Below are positions 25,628 to 33,313 of a stretch of DNA of 43,093 nt, piece after piece. Source of the stretch: a virus. A model generated the notes under the pieces. It saw nothing but the letters and a program-made list of their open reading frames with translations. It ran no database searches and was not told where the DNA came from. The translations under genes and the position numbers were made by a program. How positions within the stretch are numbered: the stretch's first letter is position 1; every line of letters starts with the position of its first letter. Where the stretch lies: positions 1-43,093 of IMG/VR virus record IMGVR_UViG_3300029811_000147; one strand, given 5' to 3'.

Positions 25628-26674
25628 ATGGAGATGGCAAGTCAGTCAAGACCTACGCTCTCAACAGTTGTTATGAGTTATCTGGCAGTAAATCATCGGA
25701 TAGAGCCGGCGACGGCAGAACTGACCAAAAGGGTATTCTCGTATGCCAGGAACGTTTTTGGCGATATGAGAATTACGGATTTTGGTCATGCCCAGGCAGA
25801 GCAGTTCCAAAGCTGGGCGATAGAATCCGGCAGGAACCCGGTATCGGCGAATATTTATATCAAGACCATCAGGCCGATATTCCGGTGGGCGATGCGGCGG
25901 GACTTGATTGCGAAAGACCCGTTCGGACAGCTCAGGCTTTTTCGTATTCCCAAAAAGATGATAAGAATTTATGAGCCGTTCGAGTTTCAAGCGATGCTGA
26001 GCAGCTGCCCGAATAAATTGTGGCAGGCCAGATTGCTTTTGGCCAAGACGGCGGGACTGCGGCGAAGCGAAGTGCTCAATTTGACCGTCAACGACGTGGA
26101 TTTCGGCAGGGGCATACTGTATGTTCAGACAAAAAAGGAAACACATCATACCTGGCGATGGATGCCGAAAGATAAAGACCTGCGTGAGCTGCCGTTAGTC
26201 GAACATCTTAATAACCTGCTGATTAAACTTCAAAACGAATTGCCGGAAGGTCAGCCCTACCTGATGATGACTCGAAATCGCTACAAAAGAATTATGCAGC
26301 TCAAGGCCCGGGACCGGTTGTCCTGGCGAATCAGGGTTTGCCCCGATGAAAACTGGAGCAAACCATTCGAGAGGATTCTCAAGAGAGCAGAAATTACCGG
26401 AACGTTTCACGATTTAAGAAGAACCTGTATTACCGAATGGCTGGAGAATGGTCTGCAGCCGCATGAAGTGATGCGGTTGGCGGGTCATTCAAGTATTGAT
26501 ACCACGATGCGCTACTATGTCACCACGAGACGCTCGTTGATTGATAAGGCAAGATTAGCGAGTAGTGAATGTTTGGGGAAAAATAATCAGGGCCACAGGC
26601 CTCTAATACAAAAGCCCATGGCCCCAAACAACATAAATGTCGGGGCGACTGGACTTGAACCAGCGACCTCGTGA
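25628..26674 (+). CDS. int: Tyrosine integrase
   Basis: Strong RBS aaggagg 8 nt upstream of ATG 25628. Catalytic region LRRSEV...HDLRRTCITEW...LAGHSSIDTTMRYY supplies the R, H-x-x-R and Y motifs. Confidence 0.85.
   Translation: MEMASQSRPTLSTVVMSYLAVNHRIEPATAELTKRVFSYARNVFGDMRITDFGHAQAEQFQSWAIESGRNPVSANIYIKTIRPIFRWAMRRDLIAKDPFGQLRLFRIPKKMIRIYEPFEFQAMLSSCPNKLWQARLLLAKTAGLRRSEVLNLTVNDVDFGRGILYVQTKKETHHTWRWMPKDKDLRELPLVEHLNNLLIKLQNELPEGQPYLMMTRNRYKRIMQLKARDRLSWRIRVCPDENWSKPFERILKRAEITGTFHDLRRTCITEWLENGLQPHEVMRLAGHSSIDTTMRYYVTTRRSLIDKARLASSECLGKNNQGHRPLIQKPMAPNNINVGATGLEPATS
26640..26672 (-). other. attP core candidate; 3-prime fragment of a tRNA gene (T-arm, acceptor 3-prime strand, discriminator) on the minus strand, overlapping the end of int
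   Basis: The reverse complement reads ggtcGCTGGTTCAAGTCCAGTcgccccgA, with T-loop TTCAAGT. No anticodon or D arm follows. Confidence 0.6.
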
Positions 26675-26679
26675 CCCCC

Positions 26680-26704
26680 AGTCAAACGGCCGGAAGTCAA
26701 ACGG
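26680..26704 (+). repeat. Direct repeat agtcaaacgg x2, 15-nt period, next to the attP core (candidate recombinase or accessory binding sites)
   Basis: Read directly. Confidence 0.4.
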
Positions 26705-26956
26705 TAATAATAGGTAATAGCTGCAAGCCACGCAATCATAATTCGGAGTATATCAAATCACTACGGGGTAGTCAAGTGGCCCAAAATAGTAGGTCAGACG
26801 GGCTTTTGTACCATCTCCAAAGCCGGCGGCGTTGCTTGTTTTAGTGCGAAACTGGAATTCAATCTTGGCAGGTAGAGCATGGAAGCTTAGACCGTATCGG
26901 TAATTTCCGGTCCGCCGGCTTGTAATTATTTTTTCGCATCACCCTCCTCCGAAGCT

Positions 26957-26987
26957 GCCCGGCTCACCGGGGCCGGGCGGCTTTTTT
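26957..26987 (+). terminator. Intrinsic terminator
   Basis: gcccggc tcaccggg gccgggc ggc tttttt. Confidence 0.65.
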
Positions 26988-27208
26988 GAAAAGTTAATAT
27001 TTCGATCCCAATAAAAGAGGGCTGTTAGTAACAGGAAAGGGCGTGCCGAGGCAATTGTATCGGGAACCGGGTTGCCTCAAATTGGGCGCCGGCACTAAGG
27101 CAGAACGAACCGGCGAGAAAGCAGCCCGCAAGCTTGACTGGCTTGTTAAAAATAATTGCCGAGGCGGGATAGAACCGGCGCCCCGCCTCACATTTGAAAG
27201 GAAACAAA

Positions 27209-27460
27209 ATGATTGAGTTAGGACAAAAAGTAAAAGACATGGTAACCGGTTTTACCGGCATAACAACCGCAAGAGTCGAATATGGGAACGGTTGCGTGCA
27301 GTTTCTTGTCGTCCCCAAGATGAAACCAAAAGACACGGAATGCCCAAAAGGCCAATATATTGACGTTGAGCAACTAAGCATAGTCAACGGCAAACCAATA
27401 AAACTAAACATGAGAAAAGAGCCGAGCGGAGGCGTGAGAGTATATCCATCAGCTCGTTGA
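27209..27460 (+). CDS. Hypothetical small protein, first early-region gene
   Basis: RBS aaagga 6 nt before ATG 27209. 83 aa. Confidence 0.5.
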   Translation: MIELGQKVKDMVTGFTGITTARVEYGNGCVQFLVVPKMKPKDTECPKGQYIDVEQLSIVNGKPIKLNMRKEPSGGVRVYPSAR

Positions 27461-27480
27461 AACGAATCGAAAGGCAAAAA

Positions 27481-27570
27481 ATGAAAGCTCGCTGGATAGC
27501 TTTAACCTGGTTTTTGATAGTCGGCTACGGCGTATGGTTTTGGACCCAGGTAATCAAGGTGATTTTTTGA
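27481..27570 (+). CDS. 29-aa hydrophobic peptide (MKARWIALTWFLIVGYGVWFWTQVIKVIF), possibly the N-terminus of a frameshift product with 27534..27866
   Basis: RBS gaaagg. Ends at the T6 run followed by TGA (27563-27570). Confidence 0.35.
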   Translation: MKARWIALTWFLIVGYGVWFWTQVIKVIF

Positions 27571-27866
27571 AAACTTTTGCAAAACTTGTAATTCAGATAT
27601 TCGGGTTTATGGCAATCGTTTTATTGGCCGGTTTTATAGGCTGGCTGATAAGAGATTGCCAGCCCCGGCCGCGCACGCCTTTGCCTGCGATTACCGAACA
27701 ATTAAAGAATATTCAAAGACAAGTGGGCTGTAAAAAAATAGATGCCGTGATTGGGCCGGAGACAACGGCACTTATAAATGCCGAGGTCGAAAAAGAGAAA
27801 CGGGAATTATTCAATCAATACGCCAAAAGATTTATGACGGCTACGGGAGCGCCAACAGGCAAGTAA
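27534..27866 (+). CDS. Membrane-anchored protein with a peptidoglycan-binding-like motif
   Basis: TM FGFMAIVLLAGFIGWLI. IQRQVGCKKIDAVIGPETTALINA resembles PG_binding_1. Start uncertain. Confidence 0.45.
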   Translation: MVLDPGNQGDFLKTFAKLVIQIFGFMAIVLLAGFIGWLIRDCQPRPRTPLPAITEQLKNIQRQVGCKKIDAVIGPETTALINAEVEKEKRELFNQYAKRFMTATGAPTGK

Positions 27867-27871
27867 ACGGA

Positions 27872-28096
27872 ATGGACCACAGGCAGGGACGCTATATGCA
27901 AACCGACAATAACAAATCGATGCCGCTGCGACTTACCGCAATATCCATGGACGATTTGGTCGGCCACATAGAGCAGCTCGAGGCGCTGGACTGGTCGGAC
28001 TTTCCGAGGTTTGAGAACAAAACGCGGGCCCAGACAAGAAGGCTTTTAATTGAGCTGTGCTGGGCCCGGTTTCTTTACGAGGACAACTGGAGCTGA
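27872..28096 (+). CDS. Hypothetical small protein
   Basis: 74 aa. Weak RBS. Alternative ATG at 27896. Confidence 0.4.
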   Translation: MDHRQGRYMQTDNNKSMPLRLTAISMDDLVGHIEQLEALDWSDFPRFENKTRAQTRRLLIELCWARFLYEDNWS

Positions 28097-28097
28097 T

Positions 28098-28619
28098 ATG
28101 CCCGTTCGAGATACGAGTAAAATCGCTTTGGAAAAAACGCAGTCGAAACTACCGCGTATTACACAGCAGGTCTTCGAGATGATTTTGGAGCTTGGACCCA
28201 CGCATAATAATCGCATCCTCGAATGCCTCAATCAAAAAGAGCAGTCCACTCTCAAGCCGAGGTATCAGAAACGAAAATGGCAAATTAACCAGGTGTGCGG
28301 CCGGGTCAACGAGCTGGTCCATATATACTGTATCGTCGAGGACCTCGGCCCGCATAAAGGAACCTGGTATCGAAAGAAAAAGACCTATCACTTGTGGCGG
28401 GTAATCGGCGATGAACGCGAACCAATTGGATGGAGGCCGATACAGGAAAAAATATCCGAACGTCCCAAAAGCCGTAGGGAGCATAAGGCACATCTGCGGC
28501 AAATCAGGGAAAGAGCCGAACAGCCGGTCCTGGCAAGACTCGCGAAGGCGATTGAATTCCAGCCGACGGGCCGGCGAAGGGCAACGATGCCAACGAGCCA
28601 GGGTTTGTTATTTGCATAA
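28098..28619 (+). CDS. Winged-helix-like DNA-binding protein
   Basis: ATG at 28098, directly after the upstream stop. LPRITQQVFEMILELGPTHNNRILECL looks like an HTH. Confidence 0.45.
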   Translation: MPVRDTSKIALEKTQSKLPRITQQVFEMILELGPTHNNRILECLNQKEQSTLKPRYQKRKWQINQVCGRVNELVHIYCIVEDLGPHKGTWYRKKKTYHLWRVIGDEREPIGWRPIQEKISERPKSRREHKAHLRQIRERAEQPVLARLAKAIEFQPTGRRRATMPTSQGLLFA

Positions 28620-29450
28620 ATGAAAAAAACAGACAAGAAATCATATTATGCCATAATCCCCGCAGAGGTGAGATACGACCAATCTCTGTCCGCTAATGCG
28701 AAGCTGCTTTATGGTGAAATTACGGCTTTATGCAGCGAGAAAGGTTTCTGCTGGGCGACAAATAGTTACTTCGCTGGGCTTTATAAGAAGGATGTGGTTA
28801 CAATCAGCCGATGGATCGCCCAGCTCATCGATAAGAAATATATCACGTCCGTAATCGATAAGGCAGAAGGTAACAAACGTCAACTTCATCTATCTGTAAA
28901 AATGTCAATACCTATTAACAAAAACGCCAATACCCTATTAACAAAAATGCCTATACCTATTAACAAAAACGCCAAGAGCCTCTTAACAGAAACGCCTATA
29001 CCTATTAACAAAAATGTTAAGCATAATATTAAAGATAATACTACAGAGAATATTAAAGATAATAAAGGGATTTCTCAAGAACAGGATTTATCTTCAAAAC
29101 AATCCGATGGGCATTATGCCTGTACACTGCTCAAACGGTACGGCGTTGACGATAAAGTGGCCCGGTCAATCGTCTATGACCAGCACACGCCGTTATCAAG
29201 CATCGAGAACGTAATCAAGAACGGTCTGGCCAAAGAAGAAAGCGGGGGGTTCGTACTCGAGGCGGGATACATCATCGAGGCCCTGAACAAGGCCCACCAC
29301 GAGGGCAAGATAGTCGGGCCGACGAAATTAAGCAAAAAACTGGCGGCGAAACTGTCCATACCGCGAAAAGAACGCAGTCCGCCGTCGCCGGCGGAGATAC
29401 AAAAGCGTAAACGCCGCATTCGTAGTCAAGTTGCGGCAATGAATAAATGA
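28620..29450 (+). CDS. Replication initiator or replisome organiser with an N-terminal HTH
   Basis: YYAIIPAEVRYDQSLSANAKLLYGEITALCSEKGFCWATNSYFAGLYKKDVVTISRWIAQLIDKKYI is the typical phage replication-organiser N-terminal pattern. Iterons lie inside the gene. Confidence 0.6.
   Translation: MKKTDKKSYYAIIPAEVRYDQSLSANAKLLYGEITALCSEKGFCWATNSYFAGLYKKDVVTISRWIAQLIDKKYITSVIDKAEGNKRQLHLSVKMSIPINKNANTLLTKMPIPINKNAKSLLTETPIPINKNVKHNIKDNTTENIKDNKGISQEQDLSSKQSDGHYACTLLKRYGVDDKVARSIVYDQHTPLSSIENVIKNGLAKEESGGFVLEAGYIIEALNKAHHEGKIVGPTKLSKKLAAKLSIPRKERSPPSPAEIQKRKRRIRSQVAAMNK
28911..29064 (+). promoter_or_regulatory. Candidate replication origin; five iterons (cctattaacaaaaa, 22-23-bp period) plus a duplicated AT-rich box aatattaaagataata
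   Basis: Iterons at 28911, 28934, 28956, 28979 (degenerate) and 29001. AT boxes at 29025 and 29049. Confidence 0.6.
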
Positions 29451-29471
29451 GTTTAGGAAAGGAGTCTGAAA

Positions 29472-29990
29472 ATGGGAAAGAAATGGTATTTTTTGTGCGG
29501 AGTGTTGCTTCTGGCGGGTATTGGCCTGATGAGCTGCGGTTCTTTTTTGGACCAGGTGACACCATCGGAGGTCCCTAAGCAAACCAGGGCGTATCTGAAA
29601 GCCGACGCAAATGACTTCGGCTCTTTCGTTTCGCTTCATGAGGCGGAGCAGGCCCGGCGGGATGTCGTCACACAGCATCGGGATTATCTTCTCGATTGGG
29701 AATTCGAGCTGAAGAAGGAGGATTATCTCTACCAGGATGCGATAGGCTATCTTACGCCGGCCATCGAAAGGTCCCGCGAGATGCAGGCAATTATTGTGGG
29801 GTCCGAGGACCAGCCTTTTAGTCTCGCCTGGTTTATAACTCAAGCCGGGTTCGGCGGCACCATCGGTTTGCTGGCCAAGAATCTTCTAAAACGCAAGAAG
29901 GACTATACGCCGGAAGAACACTTTCTCGATGTTGAGAGAGCAAAAGAGGAAGGGCGGGAAGAAGGCCGCAACGTCAATCACGAAGCGTAA
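29472..29990 (+). CDS. Lipoprotein with a C-terminal TM helix (unimolecular-spanin-like architecture)
   Basis: Strong RBS aaggag. Signal plus lipobox LLLAGIGLMSC. C-terminal TM WFITQAGFGGTIGLLAKNLL followed by KRKK. Confidence 0.5.
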   Translation: MGKKWYFLCGVLLLAGIGLMSCGSFLDQVTPSEVPKQTRAYLKADANDFGSFVSLHEAEQARRDVVTQHRDYLLDWEFELKKEDYLYQDAIGYLTPAIERSREMQAIIVGSEDQPFSLAWFITQAGFGGTIGLLAKNLLKRKKDYTPEEHFLDVERAKEEGREEGRNVNHEA

Positions 29991-30010
29991 TGCCTCACAG
30001 GCCTTTATTA

Positions 30011-30063
30011 ACCGAAACGATAATTCATCCTTCGCAGTAGTCGTACTGCGGAGAACGGAAAGG
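30011..30063 (-). repeat. Element E copy 2, inverted relative to 5283-5332
   Basis: accgaaacgataattcatccttcgcagtagtcgtactgcggagaacggaaagg. Contains hairpin cgcagta gtcg tactgcg. Confidence 0.9.
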
Positions 30064-30071
30064 AACAAAAA

Positions 30072-31907
30072 ATGAACGCTAAAAAAACGCAAACTTACGG
30101 GCAGTTCGTAGAGCTGCCGGTCGCCGACATTGTACCATCAGGAAATAATCCGCGGATTATAAACGAAAAAGATGCGGGCTTTGCCGAACTGGCCGAAAGC
30201 ATTAAGGCCCAGGGCGTTATCGTCCCGGTCCATGTTCGGCGGCATCCAGCTCAAAAAAACAAATACGAGCTATTGGCCGGCGAACGCCGGTTGCTGGCGT
30301 CGGCCAAAGTGGAAAGAGACACAATCATAGCGATAGACCACGGTGACATCGGCGATGATGAGGCCTTCAATATCACTTTTATCGAGAACTTCGGCCGTGA
30401 GGACCTGACGCCGCTCGAGCAGGGCAAGGCAGTGGTCATTCTGCTGACGAAATACAAAAATGATGCGCAGGCGGTCGCCTCGAAGATGGGCAAATCCGTG
30501 CGATGGGTAATGCAGAGGGCGGCCATTGATAAAAACCTCAGCGAGAGATGGAAAAAAGCAAGTTCCGAAGATTCCAGCCTTGCGAATATGACCGCTTCTC
30601 ATTTCGGGCCTATCGCAGCGCTGCCGGTTGAGGTCCAGGATGAGATTTTTGAAGATTATATCGATATGGGCGAGTGGTGTTATGGCGAAGTGCCTACGGT
30701 TGCAGAATTAGAGAAGATTATAGCAGAAATGCTCCGGCTGTTGAGCAAGGCCCCCTGGGATTTGGATGATGCCAAACTGCTCGATAAGGTCAAGGCCTGC
30801 AGTAAATGCTCGAAGCGCAGCAGTCATCAGCCCGGACTGTTCGATGATACGACCGATTTGGAAGTCGTTAAAAAAAACGATAGGTGCCTGGACCAGAATT
30901 GCTGGGAGCGAAAGGCGGCGGCTTACCTGGATTTGCGGGCGGCGGAGCTCAAAAACAAATATCACAACCTCGTCTTCGCGGTAATGCCGGACATTAACTA
31001 TTCCGAGAAAAGCAAGCTGATTCTAAAATATGACAACATTGCCTCACAGTGGAAGGCGTCGAAGGAAGGCGCCAAAGATGCCCTGCCGGCGTTGATGGTT
31101 CATGGCAAAAATGCGGGCGAGCTGCGCTGGATAAAATTTGTGGAAATAACGGGCACCGATACGCAAGGAAAAAGCAGAAAAATCGGGTCGGACGGCAAGC
31201 GAAAACCGACACCCTTAAGAGACCGCAGGCTGATGCTGAACAGCAAGCGATGGGCACAGGTGCTGCGGGAACTCTGCGAGAAGGTCGAAGACAGTGGAGT
31301 TGAATTAATTATCTACGAACCTAATACTTATGTAGTGGCGATATTGGCAGGGATATTTGGCACTATCGAAAATCAGCAGCATCTTTATCCGGGTTGTGGG
31401 GATTGGAAGGATTTTCAGAAGAGCATTGATAAGGAATTAGCAAGCGCGTCCGGCGGTATCATGGGGCAAACATTTGAAACATTGTGGGGACAGGTCAGGG
31501 CGGTCCTGGTAAGTCGGTTGACTTACGGCGGGCCTATTTCTCAAACGCCTCCGGAATACATCGACGAGGCCAAAAACGTAAGCAAGCTGCTGGGAATTGA
31601 TGTCGAGGCGATGTTCAAAAAAGTGGCTGAGCAGGATTATCCCGAACCGAAGAGCTGGAAGGGCCTCAATGCCGATGGCACTCCGAAAACAGCCAAGCCG
31701 AAAAAAGCAAATGCGTTTATTGCTATTGTCCGGCCGAAAAAAGCCAAATCGGAAAAAAAGAAGCTGGTCGAAGTACAAACTTGTCGAGTGTGCGGCTGCA
31801 CCGATGATAAACCATGCGTTTTCTCGCCAGGGAAAGGGACCTGTCACTGGGTCAAAAAAGATTTGTGTAGCGCCTGCGTGAAGGAGAAGAAAAATGGTAA
31901 ATCCTGA
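30072..31907 (+). CDS. ParB/Srx-like N-terminal domain protein with a Cys-rich C-terminus
   Basis: VADIVPSGNNPRIINEKDAGFAELAESIKAQGVIVPVHVRR...YELLAGERRLLASA fits the ParB N-terminal domain. C-terminus CRVCGCTDDKPCVFSPGKGTCHWVKKDLCSAC. Confidence 0.75.
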   Translation: MNAKKTQTYGQFVELPVADIVPSGNNPRIINEKDAGFAELAESIKAQGVIVPVHVRRHPAQKNKYELLAGERRLLASAKVERDTIIAIDHGDIGDDEAFNITFIENFGREDLTPLEQGKAVVILLTKYKNDAQAVASKMGKSVRWVMQRAAIDKNLSERWKKASSEDSSLANMTASHFGPIAALPVEVQDEIFEDYIDMGEWCYGEVPTVAELEKIIAEMLRLLSKAPWDLDDAKLLDKVKACSKCSKRSSHQPGLFDDTTDLEVVKKNDRCLDQNCWERKAAAYLDLRAAELKNKYHNLVFAVMPDINYSEKSKLILKYDNIASQWKASKEGAKDALPALMVHGKNAGELRWIKFVEITGTDTQGKSRKIGSDGKRKPTPLRDRRLMLNSKRWAQVLRELCEKVEDSGVELIIYEPNTYVVAILAGIFGTIENQQHLYPGCGDWKDFQKSIDKELASASGGIMGQTFETLWGQVRAVLVSRLTYGGPISQTPPEYIDEAKNVSKLLGIDVEAMFKKVAEQDYPEPKSWKGLNADGTPKTAKPKKANAFIAIVRPKKAKSEKKKLVEVQTCRVCGCTDDKPCVFSPGKGTCHWVKKDLCSACVKEKKNGKS

Positions 31908-32091
31908 CCAGGCATGGAATGCGACAAAACTATCTTTATGGTCTGGAATTGCGCTGGAGTTGGCTGACATCAAAGAGACGAATCCGGACAGGGCTCTCGG
32001 ACGGGCGTTTCACACGAGCTTCAAAATCGGTGTGAAAAAGGCAAACCGAGCTTTTTCTGAGGAATTGAAACCTGAAAACCGGCAAAACTGA
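31894..32091 (+). CDS. Hypothetical small protein
   Basis: 65 aa. RBS aaggag. Overlaps the end of the ParB-like gene. Confidence 0.45.
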   Translation: MVNPDQAWNATKLSLWSGIALELADIKETNPDRALGRAFHTSFKIGVKKANRAFSEELKPENRQN

Positions 32092-32104
32092 ATGGAGCTT
32101 GACT

Positions 32105-32911
32105 ATGTCAATTATTTACCGGCCCAGGGGAAAGGCGGCTGAGTATTCGCATCTTGCCATCAACCATTACACTGGCTGTAGTCACGGATGCGTTTATTGC
32201 TATTGTCCGGCCGTGACCAAGAATTACGAGTTTCATACCAGGCAATCCGTGCGCAAAGACGTGCTTTATCAGCTCCGCCGAGAGGCCCCGAATTATGCAG
32301 GTACTAATGAGCGGGTATTATTGTCCTTTGCCTGTGACCCTTACCAGCCGCTTGACGATTCGGAGCAAATTACGAGAAAGGTCATTTTGATCCTGCGGGA
32401 AAACGATATACCGTTTCAGATTTTGACAAAAGGCGGTACGCGGGCCTGCAGGGACTTTGCGCTTTATGGTCCCAATGATATGTTTGCGGCGACCTTGACG
32501 TTCTTAAACGAGAGGGATTCGCGGGCCTGGGAGCCGCATGCTGCAATACCGCGCAGCAGGATACTGGCGCTCGAGATGGCAAAGCAAAAGGGGATTGAAA
32601 CGTGGGTGAGCCTCGAGCCGGTGATAGATGCCAGACAATCGCTCGAAATAATCCGACAGACCCATCAATTCGTTGACCACTTCAAAATCGGCATTCTGAA
32701 TTATCGGCCCAGTGATATTAGCTGGCGGAAATTCGGGATTAAGGCAATCGAGCTCTGCCGACGGCTCGAAGTCGATTATTATATCAAGCTGGACCTTGCG
32801 AAGTATCTGGACGGCTTATGTTTTCATAGTATCGATAAGCGGAAGGTCAATAGGCCGCTGCCTGAGAAAAAGACAAAAGGCCAGGCATCACTCTTTGAGG
32901 GGGAAAAATGA
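32105..32911 (+). CDS. Radical SAM protein (COG1533/SplB-like class)
   Basis: CSHGCVYC is a CxxxCxxC cluster within INHYTGCSHGCVYCYCP. Downstream are DPYQPLD and ILTKGG. Confidence 0.75.
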   Translation: MSIIYRPRGKAAEYSHLAINHYTGCSHGCVYCYCPAVTKNYEFHTRQSVRKDVLYQLRREAPNYAGTNERVLLSFACDPYQPLDDSEQITRKVILILRENDIPFQILTKGGTRACRDFALYGPNDMFAATLTFLNERDSRAWEPHAAIPRSRILALEMAKQKGIETWVSLEPVIDARQSLEIIRQTHQFVDHFKIGILNYRPSDISWRKFGIKAIELCRRLEVDYYIKLDLAKYLDGLCFHSIDKRKVNRPLPEKKTKGQASLFEGEK

Positions 32912-33153
32912 ACTGGATAATAGTGGCGATTGCCCTGGCAGGCGTTGTGCTGAATGTGCGGCGCCGGTGGGAGGGATTTTTGTTATGGCTCATCAGTAAT
33001 GGCTGGTGGTTCCAGCACAATCTTGTAATCGGCGAATACCATCAGGCCGTACTGTTTGGAGTTTTTTGGTTGTTGTCAGTTTACGGTATTTATAGTTGGA
33101 AAAGAAAGGGGTTCAATCGTGGCAGCAAAAATAACGTCAAAAACAATCGTTAA
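32908..33153 (+). CDS. Three-TM small membrane protein (PnuC/SemiSWEET-like size, or a holin)
   Basis: 81 aa. RBS gaggggg. Trp-rich TM helices WIIVAIALAGVVLNV, GFLLWLISNGWWF and AVLFGVFWLLSVYGIYSW. Confidence 0.5.
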   Translation: MNWIIVAIALAGVVLNVRRRWEGFLLWLISNGWWFQHNLVIGEYHQAVLFGVFWLLSVYGIYSWKRKGFNRGSKNNVKNNR

Positions 33154-33310
33154 AAAAGTCATCGGCGAAGCAAAAGGCACTGAAGTAAAGTTTGGCAAGT
33201 TCAATTTTGCAAGTGGGCAGGCAGAGAAACTTATGGATATGGCCAAATCCAAAGATGCGGTAAAGGTGACAATAGAGAAATGGCAGGAAAATCTGCCGGG
33301 GACGGAATAA
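33119..33310 (+). CDS. Hypothetical small protein (GTG start)
   Basis: RBS aaagggg before GTG 33119. The upstream part of ORF 33056 overlaps the previous gene. Confidence 0.3.
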   Translation: MAAKITSKTIVKKVIGEAKGTEVKFGKFNFASGQAEKLMDMAKSKDAVKVTIEKWQENLPGTE

Positions 33311-33313
33311 GTA

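Noticed and set aside
26640-26760. Complete tRNA gene on the minus strand
   Set aside because: Only the T-arm and acceptor 3-prime strand can be folded. The adjacent sequence gives no 7-nt anticodon loop with a 5-bp stem and no D-arm. It was interpreted as a partial tRNA copy in attP.
27025-27477. 150-aa minus-strand ORF as a candidate CI-type repressor next to attP
   Set aside because: It overlaps the RBS-supported + strand gene 27209..27460 and the structured non-coding region. Its translation is Phe/Ser/Pro-rich with no HTH.
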